From Octopus vulgaris (lineage: Eukaryota), in NCBI GenBank assembly GCA_951406725.2, contig OX597826.1, positions 60,036,001 to 60,284,000 of the forward strand: a stretch of DNA of 248,000 nt, in the 5' to 3' direction. This document shows positions 201,019 through 215,832 of this stretch, one piece after another. Under the pieces are notes generated by a model. It searched no databases. It saw only the letters and a list, made by a program, of their open reading frames with translations, and was not told the DNA's origin. Numbering within the stretch: position 1 is the stretch's first letter; each line of letters opens with the position of its first letter. The translations under genes were made by a program, and so were the position numbers.

Positions 201019-202249
201019 CAGACAGATAAATAGGTTGACAGACAGACTGATTAATTCATAGATAGATATATAGAGATACATATACATACATATACATATA
201101 TATGCATGTGCGTGTGTGTGTGTGCATGTATCTATCTATCTATCACACTCTCTCTCTCTATATATATATATATTGATATATATATGCATATATATGCCTA
201201 TATAGTTATATATTATACTTGATTTTACTTGTTGCTTTAGTATATTCTTGAATGATTCATATTTTCATATTTGCATGCAGGAGCTACTGACCCAACCCAC
201301 ACACCAATTAAGCTCACACAGTCACCTTCACTTCACCATCTACATAAACACATTGCCAAACATATTCACACACACGCACACATACACACACACCTATATC
201401 CAGCTATGCATCTGCGTATCGACTCATTTGAATCTACTAACGATCTGCTCTTCTCTTATCATTTTCATCATTTTTATGCATCTCTATGCCATTCTGCTGA
201501 CACTTACAAGCAAAGCAATGTGCTTAATGATGAAGTCAACAGCTATAGATGTGAGTTTCAATTATTTTGTGCAACACTATATTGCCTGTTGGGATTATTA
201601 CAGCGACCTGTTCATATTTCAGTTAAAATAATTGGATAATGGATTTCAGAGGAAATTCGTGAAGTGTTCATTAATGGAATCATGAATCACCAGCGTATTA
201701 AATATGCGTTGAAATATGGTGCTTGTTCACATATGCATATGAGTGTTTATATATGTGAATGCTATACATATGTCTATTTGTTTTCAAAAAAATAAAAAAT
201801 GATCTAACGAGGCGTGGCTGTGTGGTAAGAAATTTGCTTCCAAACCACATGATTCCGGGTTCAGTCACACTGTATGGCACTTTGGTCAAATGTCTTCTAT
201901 TATATCCTCGGGCCGACCAAAGCCTTGTGAGTGGATGTCTGTGTGTATGTATGACTACATTTCTGAGTTTGTCCTCCCGCCGTCACTTGACAACTGATTC
202001 AGGTTTGTTTTCGTCCCCGTAACTTAACCTTTCGGCAACAGAGACCGGTAGAATAAGAACTAGTCTTTCAAAAGAATAAGTCTGGGGGTCGATTTCCTCG
202101 ACTGAAGACGGTGCTCCTGCATGGCCGCTCTCAGATGACTGAAGCAAATGAATGAAAGAATGAAACAATATGTAAAAATCCTTCCACATACAGACAAACT
202201 TACAAGTCATGTATAATTGCTCATGTATGTACGTATACATATATCACCT

Positions 202250-202630
202250 TGACCGACCAGTCCGTCAGGCGTCCATTTGACACCGCTGGTCATAGCACGC
202301 TGTCCACTCCTCTCTGGATCGCGCCTTTCGACAACTGCGCGGTTCCACCGATTATCGGTGAGCCGGGCGACGTGTCCAGCCCATCTAAACTTGCTGTGTG
202401 TATACTCTGCGATGACATCCCTCACGACGGACTTCTTTCTGATTATCTCGCTACTGACGTGCTCTCTCAACGAGATACCAATCATTGACCTTTCCATGGC
202501 TCTTTGAGCCGTTACCAGTCTCTGCTCTTCTCTCTTTGTGGTAGCCCATGTTTCAAACATTGCAGGTAGAACCGTACTGTTGATGAGGTTGAAAAAACGA
202601 GTTCTCAATTCCATACTATGTATTAGCAAT
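202250..202630 (-). mobile_element. RTE-clade LINE 3' end
   Basis: STVLPAMFETWATTKREEQRLVTAQRAMERSMIGISLREHVSSEIIRKKSVVRDVIAEY..SKFRWAGHVARLTDNRW is the typical RTE ORF2 C-terminus. Confidence 0.9.
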
Positions 202631-203081
202631 ATAATTTATTTGGGCCGACGCATTTTAATGATACTCCGCCACTCCGAGTTTCGCCTGTGAGTGCACAGTC
202701 TTCAGGCAAATTATGGCTGATGACTTGCAACAGGTTCCTGTGCGCACACAAATGAAATCAGAGACCTACAGACTGACTCCACCTGAAAAAAATATTACAG
202801 AACTGTGTGTATGTATGTATGTGAGTGTGTGAGTGTGTACGCTAATTCTAAGGCGTACCTTAACATTTTGCTGTAATTAGTTACACATTTGGAACTGTCA
202901 ATTTTAGTATTAGGTTTCCAGAAATTCTACTTTCATTTTTAATCTATGTATCTATCTATCGATCGATCGATCGATAGATCGATGGACCTATGTATCCTTT
203001 TCTCTTGAATATTACTATATTTTCTATTTGTAGAATGATATATTAAGCTGTTATTGTGACTCACTCACTCACACACACACT

Positions 203082-203139
<58 letters not shown>

Positions 203140-203629
203140 GACAGACAGAGAATTCACAAAAAAGACAAAAGACGAAGACAGGTGGTGTAGACAACAAACA
203201 GATGTGATAGTTTAACGCTCGGGAAGTAAAAAAATGTCTTTAACGTTTCGAGCCTACGCTCTCCCACAAAAAGGAACACAAAGAGAAACAGAGAGAGAAA
203301 ATAAAGAATGTGTAGTGGCTTGGGTCTATCATGGCGAATGCCGGACAGAGGGGTTATACATGAGAGTTAGGAAGAAAGGGAGATAGAAAGAACCAAAAAG
203401 TTTAGAAAGTACAAAAAAGTTCTAAAACGTTGAAAAGCTTCAAAAGCTTCGTCGTGGTGTATTGGAGCGATTTCTCATCAACGGAAGAGTCCATTGTAAT
203501 CCATGGACAGGAGAGGTACAGCTGACGTGTTGGAGAGTAGAAAATCCAGGTAGAATAGTCCGAAGTGTAGAAGGTGTAGAAAATCCAAGAAAAGTTCATT
203601 GGGAGACAGGATCAACTGGTGCGACCACG

Positions 203630-203668
<39 letters not shown>

Positions 203669-205356
203669 AATTTGAGATAAAACCACTATTAGGCAACTCA
203701 AACAGTGATAGACATAAACCAAAACATAAAAAACATAAATAAATATAATTAATATAATATGCAATATATATATAAAATATAAAATTTAAAATTTAATTTT
203801 TCTGGGGCCTAATATTGGTTTTATCACTAATTTTATCACTAATACTGTGAAATTTGATTCATCCTAAATTTAATTTTCGCTTTAAGTTTGGATATACTCC
203901 CTAATATTGTTATTATTATTATATATATCTATATATATATATATATATATATATATTAACATGAACATGAAGATAGAATCGAGTATACGAAAAGCTATGC
204001 ACCAGGAAGGGTTGAGTAATCTCTGTGGTTCCGTGCTATGGTTTGGGATGGTCGAAATATCGAACTGGATACTTTGGTCGTGTAGACAGAGAAAACCAAT
204101 ACTATACATATTTAGCGCCTAAGGAGCTGGTCCAAATTACGTGTTACTTTGAGTAGAACGTTGTTGGTATACTCTAGGCTGTCCGTCAAGTGGCAAATTC
204201 CCTTGGGAAATTATAATCACACGAATAACATACCAACATCAATCCATCGTACGATATTATTCCTTTAATTATACACACACACACACACACAAACGCATAT
204301 ATATATATATGAAATGTAAATACGAACGGAATAAATCAAATTTCGGGTAAATCGGATAAGTGGTTGTGGAGATATTAAGTGTTTTCGGGATACAAATATC
204401 CAAAACAGTGCATAATGGAAAAAGTCGCCGAAAATAATCTTTATCTTGAAAGGGAAGAAACTCTTAACTTTCGATTAGATACAGTGACTTAACGAAAATA
204501 CACGATTTGTTTTTTACAATAAAGTAGCCTGACCCGTGCCGTCAAAAATGACGGCTAATTGTACTATTTTATATATAAATAGGGTACATAATAATCACGC
204601 ATATAAAAGTTTTATACGGCACGCATTTCTGTCGAATGAGCAACCGTTTACATTTTAAGAAAGTTGAAATAATTCCATTAAACGAACACGTAAATGGTCG
204701 TCGTCATACAAGGTAGATACAACATATATGGGCGTGTATGTGTGTGTTTGTGTAAGTATGGTGTGCATGGGTGTACGTGTATGTGTGTGGACATGTGTGA
204801 CTGAGCGATTCTATAGATCACACAGACACAGACGTTCACATGTGACTACTAATGAATACATTTTACGCTATGAGAACCTGTACTCCTAAACACATTCAGT
204901 GGGGCTTTTTGTCATATGTGCATTACACACACATGCGCACGCACACACACACGTATATGCATATATAGATATATATACATGAAAAGCTGTATCGCTAAAA
205001 GTGGAACTTAAAAATACTTCTATGCCACAGAATAGTCAAAAAATTAATTCAAACATGATAGGAGAAAAATTACAGTGAACAATAACATCAATTTACCTCT
205101 GCTAGGTCAGCAAAAGTAATACTGGCACTAGCGATGATATCTTTAGTAGGACTACCAATCTCATATATATATGTAAATATATACATATACACACATATAT
205201 GAATGTATGCCTGTATGTATGTATAACATTAGAAGTTAGCTTGAAACTTGCTTGCAATGTTACCCAGCAGAACTGGCGCATAATGGGTCATGTGTTGTCT
205301 AGTTTTGTATCAATAATGATAGCTATATGACTGGATAGATAGATTGATAGACAGAC

Positions 205357-205447
<91 letters not shown>

Positions 205448-205552
205448 GCGATAGATAGAGAGATAGGTAGATATGTTTCTTTATTAGCCACACAGGGCTG
205501 CACACAGATAGAACAAATTACAAGATAGATAGATAGATAGATAGATAGATAT

Positions 205553-205662
<110 letters not shown>

Positions 205663-206133
205663 TGAGAGAGAGAGAGATACTGAATGAGTGATTGACTAAT
205701 TGTTTGATTGATTGACAGACAGATAGACAGAGTTTTCTCGTCAAGTGTTAGGATTAGAGTTTCCATCAAGGAATGGAGACGAAATATGGGAGTATATTGG
205801 TGTGTGTGTGTGTGTATGCGTTTGTATGTGTGTGTGTGGATGTGTGTATGTTGTGTGTTTACACGTTTCTGTGTCTCTGTTTTTCTACAATTCTAGGGTT
205901 ACTGTCGAATATTAACGATTCATTGAAACCCGTCATATATGAGTCATACTATGGGCAGCGTTACACACTAGGAATAAATAGGAAGTATAGGTTAAAGGTC
206001 GTCAAGCCAACTTAATCAGCGACAATGTAAGAATATATATCTATCTTTCTATATATTGACAAAGATATATAGATGAATAGATAAATAGATAGATATGTAT
206101 GTGTGTGTGTGCGTGTGTGTGTATGGGTAAACG

Positions 206134-206170
<37 letters not shown>

Positions 206171-206409
206171 ATACGTTATATGCATTCTATTATTCTTTCA
206201 TTTGTTTCAGTCAATTGACTGCGGCCATGCTGGAGTACCACCTTTAGTGGAACCAATCGACCCCAGGACTTATTCTTTGTAAGCCTATTACTTATTCTAT
206301 CAATCCCTTTTGCCGAATCGTTAATTTAAGAGGATATAAGCACGCCAACATCAGTTATCAAGCGACGGTGGGGTTAAACACAGACACACAAATAAACATA
206401 AACACACAG

Positions 206410-206463
<54 letters not shown>

Positions 206464-207082
206464 ATCACGTGACCGGCCACGCTATCAGGTGTTGCTACAC
206501 ATCGCTGGTCACAATGCGCCTCGCATTGTTTTAGCAATCAAGTGACGCTACCCGGCCGGCTATGCCAGCAAGCCAACAGAAGACAGAGTGAGAGAAAGAT
206601 GTGGTGAAAGAGTACAGCAGGGATTGCGAACACCCGCTGCCGGAGCATCGTGGAGCTTTAGGTGATTTCGCTCAATAAATACTCACAACACCCGGTCTGG
206701 TAATCGAAACCACGATCCTCTGCCCTAACCACTGGGCCATTGCGCCTCCACACAAACACGCACACACACAAACACACACACAGGAGTGGCCAAGTACTTT
206801 CTTACGAACCACATGGCTCCGGGTTCATTTCCACTGCATGGCACCTTGGGCAACTGTCTTCTACTATAACCTCGGGTCGACCAAAGCCTTGTCTGTGGAT
206901 TTGGTAGACGAAGACTGAAAGAAGAGACCGATGCAATAAGTACTAGTCTTACTAAGAAATAGTCCTGGGATCGATTTGCTCGATTAAAGGCGGTACGGCA
207001 GCATGGCCGCAGTCAAATGACTGAAACAAGTAAAAGAATAAAAGTATACTATTTATATTTATATGCATATATATACATATAC

Positions 207083-207143
<61 letters not shown>

Positions 207144-207474
207144 TTTTGTGTTTGGGGAGAGTCATTCTCTTTTAGTGCCTAATTATTTAACACACTCACC
207201 GGTAAAATTAACACTTATTTCTTATTTTTTATTTTCAAAAAGTTTCATTGCGTCTTACAACCTTTTCAATAGTATTTGAGAGTCAAGACTATTGAAAAGG
207301 TTGCAAGATGCAATGAAAATTTCAGAAAATAAAAAATAAGAAATAAGTGGTAACTTTACCGGTGAGTGTGTTAAATAATAAGGCACTAAAAGAGAATGAC
207401 TCTCCCCAGACACAACAGAATATGCTGCAACACACGAACTCATATAAAGAATCTTGCAAACCAAATCCCAAAAC

Positions 207475-207524
<50 letters not shown>

Positions 207525-207985
207525 TACACACAAGCACGCACACACACACACACACATATGACATACGTAAATGTATATACGAAGATATACACAGCTATAA
207601 CCATGTTTTTATATATGTACGTATTTGTGTTCGTGTATGTGTATATGTACGTATTGGTGCACGGATTATTTATACGATGCATTTTGCCCCAAACTCAACG
207701 GAAGTATATGAAAGTTTGTACGGAAGTTGTTATCAACATATCTGTGGACTTTATCACTGACATTTTCGAGTCTTGTTCTGTATATTTGTCTGGGAGGTGT
207801 AAAGTACATAATATTTACTTGCATCAACCAGATAGATGATGTTTGTGAAACTGGACAACCGGATGTGAGACCAACATTTTCGTAATTGAAGCTTGCCCGA
207901 AGTACGTGACATTCGAAACATAAAAACCTAGATGATTGCCCACTTCAGACATATATAGAGAACCGGACGCTCACCCACAGACACA

Positions 207986-208048
<63 letters not shown>

Positions 208049-208116
208049 TCGTGTGTGTGTGTGTGTGTATAAATACATACATATATATATTTGTGTGTGT
208101 GTGCGTGTAGATAGAC

Positions 208117-208151
<35 letters not shown>

Positions 208152-208394
208152 TGGACAGACAGTTATATATATATATGCTGACAGGCACATGGCCATATAT
208201 ACGAATTATTGGTAAAAGTTCCTAGGTTTAGGTAAAAGAAAGTACTGGAGAAGCAGTTAATTATGATTATTTTTCCCTACATATTCCCCTCTCAGGTTCA
208301 CACACTTATTGCAACGGTACTTCAGTTTTTCTGAGCTTTGTAAAAGTAGAGGTAGATTGGAGACTCCAGCCAGGGCTTTTGCGATATATGCTTC

Positions 208395-208435
<41 letters not shown>

Positions 208436-208607
208436 GCAGGAGTGTCTGTGTGGTAGGTAGCTTGCTTACCAGCCACATGGTGCTTGGTTCAGCCCCACTG
208501 CGTGGCACCTTGGGTAGGTGTCTTCTACCTTGATCCGACCAAAGGCTTGTGAGTGGATTTTGTAGACGGAAACTGAAAGAAGCCCGTCGTATATATGTAT
208601 ATGTATG

Positions 208608-208663
<56 letters not shown>

Positions 208664-208875
208664 GGTGTATATGATTGTGTGTCTGTGTTTGTCCCTCCAG
208701 CATCGCTTGACAACCGATTGTGGTGTGTATACGTCCCCGTAATTTAGCGGTTCGGGATAAGAGACCGATATAATAAGTACAAGGCTCCCAAAGAATAAGT
208801 CCTAGGGTCGATTTTCTGAACTAAAGGCGGTGCTCCAGCATGACTGAAACAAGTAATAGAGTAAAAGAGAGTAAG

Positions 208876-208912
<37 letters not shown>

Positions 208913-209189
208913 AGTGAATATAGATATGCATACATGAAATCTTTTGCTGGTAACGTATGTATAACTCTCTGTTTCGAAAAATTCAGAAATAAACGCAGAA
209001 AAAGGATAAATCAGCAGAAATTCCATTGGTAAACAAGTAAAATCTAATTAGAAACATCGTAAGACTTCCAGATTTACATCATGTTTTTGCATGCAACACA
209101 GGTTGACGACAAAATACAATAGATTGTGGGAGTTGTAGTCATAATTTATGTTCAGCCTGTGCAAATATACAAATACATAAACACATAGA

Positions 209190-209790
209190 TATGACTAAGT
209201 GGCATTGCATCCCGGCGTTGCCCGGGTGTTATGACCTGCGGCCATTTGTATTAACTTTTCTTTTCTTCTAGTCAGAATCGGCACACCTGATATATAATGA
209301 ACTGGATTACTAGCGTAATGGAAGTTATTGCTTGTTTAAAAGTGAAGGACGGGAGGGTGCTATTTGCATGTGTTTGCATAAAAGTGCTTTCTGTTATTTA
209401 GAAGGACCATAAACTACGAATTGTTTCATTGTATAGAAAGGGGTTAATACAATTTTTTCCAGAAATCACGTTCTCAAAATTTTAATTCTCCACCCCGTCC
209501 CCACCGCGATTTCTTAATTTGTAGCTATTTTTCGATTTTTAAAAAAAATTCTGGAAAAATACAGAGATTACGAATCTGGGAAATACATTTTTGAAAGTTT
209601 AATTTTTGTTAATGCCCCTTCCCCTATCTTGTTCACCCATTACCTACCGCTTTCATAAAACTAAAACCTCCCAACGTTTCACTTTCGTCTGATGTTTTAC
209701 GCATGCGTACAATTGTACTGAAGGGTGCACGATACGCTTGAAGCAACACGGGTTAAGAGAGACTTAAACATTTTAATATTTCTATCTTTG
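209190..209790 (+). mobile_element. Related HINE-like element (different subfamily)
   Basis: Begins ACTAAGTGGCATTGCATCCCGGCGTTGCCCGGG, with the same CCCGGCGTTGCYCGGG hairpin; similar starts at 162335 and 204525. Confidence 0.45.
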
Positions 209791-210179
209791 AAAACCAGTG
209801 GATGTATTCCACTGAAATTAGGTAAATAATTCTTCGATCAGACGGTCAGCAGCGACGCCTGCTGGGCTTGGCTAATCTGCATTGATAAAGGGCAAATACT
209901 CTGAAACATGTCTGCAGATACCTGACCAGCAAGGGGGAGCGGCTGACCTCCCCTTTTCGAAGGTTATAATGGACACAGGTTCGTGTGTCATATAACTAGC
210001 TAGAGGCGAAGTTGAAGGCGATGGCGTCTTGGAGCTAATCAACGGCGGTTTAGTCTTATATTTATGGACTGCCATATTAGCTTGGCGATAACTGTTAATT
210101 TCCAGTACCGCTGCCGTAGTCTCCTTTAGAGAGACTCAGAAATTTTAATATTTATATATATATAAATATATATATATAA

Positions 210180-210250
<71 letters not shown>

Positions 210251-210483
210251 AAAAAAGGAGATGTCGAACACGAGTGGTGATATATAAAAAGGAAATGAAG
210301 AAAATGACAAATAATTGAAGTAATTTATAATTTAATTAGGTGAAAGTCTTTATATTTGTTATGCTTATCAAAATATGATAAGCATATTTTGATAACATAA
210401 CAAATGCGCAACCGGTAAAAAGAACTTTCACCTAATTAAATTACTTAAATTACTTCAATTATTTGTCAGCATTTCTTCATTTC

Positions 210484-210736
<253 letters not shown>

Positions 210737-212369
210737 GTGTGTGTTTGAAAGTAAGTACTGGAGCCGATTCATTCGATTAAATATTCTTGAAGGCATTGTA
210801 ATGACTGAAAGAAATAAAACGTATCAGATAACCCCACTCCACAACATTTATGGATTTTTTGTTATTTTTCTACGGATCATTATTTTGAGATGGTATTATA
210901 TAAATAAGTCTTGTTATCTCACTCTCAGAAAAAATATTTATAGTGAGTAACACTCCAATCAATGATGGAGGGTAAAGGGATTTGCAGACGTCTTGCCAGT
211001 TCCTATCTCAGCTTCTCTTGATTCAAATTGAAAACCCTCCGAGAAATAAAAAGAAACGTTTTGTCCTCTATGTTGTTTTTCTTTGTTCCTTCTTGAGCCA
211101 CGCCTGGTTCATAAGGGCCAGTTTCCCGGTTTCATTGAGGTATAGGTTCTTTACCTGTACGGGACACCGGTCAGTCGCAGGTGAGTTGCTTGATGCAGGA
211201 GGAAAGAATGAGAGAAAGTTTTGGCGAAAGAGTCAGCAGAAGTTCACCATTACCTGCTGCTGGACCCGCGTGGAGCTTAGGTGTTTCGTTCCTAAAGACA
211301 CACATCGCCCTAGCTGAGATTCGAACCCTCGATCCCTCGACCACGAGTCCGCTGCCCTAACCAGTAGGCCATGTGCCTCCACTTTGTCCTGTAAAGTTCT
211401 TAAATTTTGAATAACCTAGTTTTGACCACAACAGTTATGTGAAGCAATTTAAAAACAGCTCAGTATTGGGAGTCACCAGCGAGGTCTATGCTACATAAGG
211501 ACACTGTTGACACTTAAACAAAAAAATACTAATATACGTGCATACCAGTGAACGAATGCATGTGCCTGAGGCATGAGATTTTTTTCCATTTCATAGAATT
211601 CAAAATCTGATATTTATATGTACTTAGTATTATCAAATAAATTCCTCTGTAAATAAGTGTTAACGTTGCCTCCTTGGTTCTACATTTATCTATAACATAT
211701 ATTTTACACCTGTTATTAATTTGATCGGCTCCGTTGACAAAATACTATTGTATCTAGAGATATGTGTTTTTTTAATGTTTCCTATAAATGGCCAGTATTC
211801 TAGACACTTTTTGAAATATGTTGTGGCTTCAAGCAATTCCTACAAACATCGAAACTTCTCAATTTTTTCTTTTCTCCTTCTTTCTCTTTCTTGTTCTTTC
211901 TCCCTCTACCACTCAGTTTTATACACACTTCGCTTTTTCACACACACATATGCACAGTGAGTGAAACAGACAGAGAAAACAAAAATAACAGACATATAGA
212001 CTACTGAGCCAATATCTTTTACATTCAGTTATCATTTATTTCTAAATATAAATATTTAAAATAACGTTACTCTTTCACTGACGCGATTTGTTCAATGTTC
212101 CGTTTTATCTTTGGAAAAATAATGTCGAGTTTGAATAAGCTTCAAGGATTTCCGTTTCCTTAGTCTGTATATTATTATTTGTGTGTGTGTGTATTTCATT
212201 ATACTTGCTGAAATTTTAACCTATGATGTTAGGATTTGGACTTTTGATGTATGAAACTTCCCTTATTTTAGGATTCGGTTTCCAGTTTTTAACAAGAGGC
212301 ATTCTTGAAGTTTCGTGTCTTTCTCAGGCGAGACATTTATTAAGTTCAAAGCTGTAAAACACTCTAATC

Positions 212370-212930
212370 TCTTTGAAATTAGGATCCTTTGATTTCAATT
212401 CTCTTGTTCTGGTGCTCCAACCATTTCGTGAAGGCCCCATGGGACTCCTCCCAAAATTAAGGTATCCAGGAGCTTTCACACGTCTTCCTTCATGTCTTTC
212501 AGTTCGAGAAATTTCACAGGGAGCAAGTCCTGAATTATATGGATGTGTGGGATAGTTTTGATGTCCACTTCTGTTAAGTAGTTGGTTACCAGGAAGTGGG
212601 TGTAGACTGGAGTATTGTCATGGGACACATTCTTTGGCCTTTTGCGACGAAATCTCTACTGAACTCCTTAAAAACCTTCACAAAGTACACTTTGTTGGCC
212701 GTTGGGCGACAGGGAACCAAACATATATAGATGATGACTTTGATGTCGTAAATGGGGAACTTCATGTGTTTTCCGGTGGAATTGATTTGCTTGGTCTTTA
212801 CGGCCAGCGAAAGAAAATGCTAAACACATACAAGTTTATTCACAGGCGATTTGGATCATTTCATAAGATTTCATGCTACATTTCCCTGTCTAAACTAAAA
212901 CTTTATTGCATGGCGAGTTTCTAAATTTTC
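212370..212930 (-). mobile_element. mariner transposase remnant (degraded)
   Basis: Minus strand HDNTPVYTHFLVTNYLTEVDIKTIPH...DLAPCE and terminal FTKWLEHQNKRIEIKGS, with frameshifts. Confidence 0.8.
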
Positions 212931-213716
212931 TTTTCATTCGCAAACTAGGCAGCTGTGAAAGTTCCTCTTATGGCCATCTTCTTCAATCTGGAATTAAAAA
213001 AGTTAGCTGGTCAACTTATCTGATGTATTATAATGATATATTAGACTGACAATATGCTAGGTCAGTTATAAGTGTCTTTCCTAAAAAGTCTAACAATTTC
213101 TAGAATGCATTTCGCATATGTGTTGAAATCGTACCCTTATTTCTTTGATTTTAATAGCCTTCGCGTATTTTATGGTGAAACACTTTCTGTAGTCATAGGT
213201 GATGTTTCGAATATTACGCTTTCTCATTTATCAGCTATGTAGAAATTGTCATTAAGTACCCACGCAGTCAATAAGTTAATAACCAATTGTACAGATGAAT
213301 ATTTGAGCGTGGCTGCGTATAGGTCCAGACTTGGCTGCGTGGTAAGCTTCCTTCCCAACCACTTATCTATGTATATATATATATATATAAGTTCACCGGT
213401 AAATTTATGTATAAATATAACTTTACAGGTGAGTGTTTAAAATAATAAGGCACTAAAAAAGAATGACTCTCCCCAGACACAACAATATATATATAGACAC
213501 ATATAGACAAATATATACATGCATACATATGTATAATTTTTTTATGTTATTCAAAATTTTGCATACTTCATAGCTTATATTTACTTTTGATATAAAAGCG
213601 AGGTACGCGTCAATTAGTTACCAAATTACGGGAACGCGCGGTAATTGAATTTAAATGTACAAGTAAATTTTCTCTGATTATTATTACTTTATACACAGAC
213701 CAACTTAGTATCACGC

Positions 213717-213785
<69 letters not shown>

Positions 213786-213798
213786 GATATATGCATGA

Positions 213799-213829
<31 letters not shown>

Positions 213830-215719
213830 CATGCATGTTTGTATGTATGCATGCATGTATGTATGTATGTATGTATAGTATGTATATCAGAATAGGTAAA
213901 TGATACAGACCGCTTTCTGTAAATATACCATATTCATTTCGCTATATCGAAATGCTTGAGCCATTGCACTAGAATGTCGATCGGTCGTGCGAATGCTACG
214001 ACATTGAAACTTTCGTGTTCATATTAATATTGTTTTCGTCGCTGCTCTGTATAGCTTATGCTCTAATTTTTACTGTATTTTTTACTGTTTAACATTTATC
214101 CTTCAACCTGTGCTATTAACAATCTGCCGCCAGTTGCCATTGGACCACGTGATAGATTGACTGGAGACAACTTCCGACATATTTACGTGATTTGGTAAAA
214201 ACAAAATGGTCGAAAGATGGAGAAGAAGTAATGACAAAGATGTTGGTAAGTGGGGAAAGGAAAATGTTGTTGTTAGCTGTGGTAGTGGCGTGAGGTTTCA
214301 ACGTATTTTTTTTATGTCTCCATGTGGTTATCGTGGTGATGGTGACATTTGTGACAGTGGCCGTTGTGCACGATACTCGTATTGATATTAGTGATGGTGA
214401 TGATTACGCTCATAGTATTAATGGTCGTGATTTTGGAGGTGCGAGTGGTGATGGAGACGGAGATGTTGCTTTTGATGGCGTGCTTGATGATTGCTGTTTT
214501 GATGATATTAGCTGCAACTATATTCATAGTTGAAAATGTTGATATCGCTGTTGATTGCGTTAGCAATGTCGGTAGAGACTGTTGTAGAGACGATAGTAGC
214601 GTTGGCGGTGATATATAGAGATGATAGCTAGTTTGGTGCTTCCATTGACTGATTGACACATTTATTAATGATCGCATGCACTGTCAGGCCTGCTGGGTGA
214701 ATTCTGTTTGGATGGATGGATGGATGGATGGATGGATGGATGGATGGAGAGAGGGCGGAAGAAGGCATAGACGAATACAGAAATAAGGGGAGGTTATATA
214801 GATGAATGAACGATTGACGGATGCTCTGAGATTTTGTTGAAATGAACATTTTAGATATAAAGACAGTTTACAGATTGGTCAAGGATGCGAGGAAATGAAG
214901 AGAATACATCAGGCGACAACAAGTCTGGAATCCCTGCACGCAGACTCCGTGGAGCTCATGGCATTTGTTGTGATGGACTGGCGTTATTAGCGATGATGTT
215001 TACTGGGCCGCGGTTTGCATCGGATTGATAGTAGCGAAGTTGATGGCCGTCATTTTAGTGTCGGTGGTAATTATGGTAGTAACTGATGAACGTGATTGAC
215101 CTAAATGGATTTTGCATGTATTGTCTATATTCATAGTGAATAGATTATCAGTAGGTATAGTTAGGGAGCGACTAAGACTTTGAGCTAGAAAAGGTGTTCG
215201 TTAATCGAATTAATGAGTTAAAATCCGCTGCGTATATATATATATATATATTGATCTCTCTCTTCTAAATATACAATATGTGTACATCATTTGAAAGACT
215301 CTCTGTGTGTGTATATATATATATATATATATGTGTCTGCCGATAAAGGCTTTTTTCCCAAAATACGCCAGCTAAACTTGTACTGTTATTAGTCGTAAGA
215401 CACCTGCTTTTTGTATTTCATTTTTGTTTTTTGTATTTCATTATTGTTTTTTGTATTTTATATTCGTGTGGCATCGTCCGTTTTTCTGTCCCTATTTCGT
215501 ATACATTCGATCCTTCTTCCTAGAAATCTAATGCTCGTAGCTTAGTTTTTCCTGGGGGCTGGCCGGATCGGAGCGATCTCAAGATTAATCAGCCGAAATT
215601 GCTACGATGATCCGGTTCTTGACTGAAGATTGAAGGCTTCGAATGTCCCGTCCGTGTTTTTTGTATCGTCTTCTAAGTGTTTTGCGTTCTTGTCCAAGTT
215701 TGTATTTTTCTACATATAA

Positions 215720-215776
<57 letters not shown>

Positions 215777-215800
215777 CACACATACATATATATATATACG

Positions 215801-215832
<32 letters not shown>

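Noticed and set aside
215560-215660. CTGAAGA...GAATGTC motif (also near 162950, 188390 and 52720) as a GAAU-type hammerhead
   Set aside because: No pairable stem I and a weak stem II in the copies seen; kept only as a repeat family.
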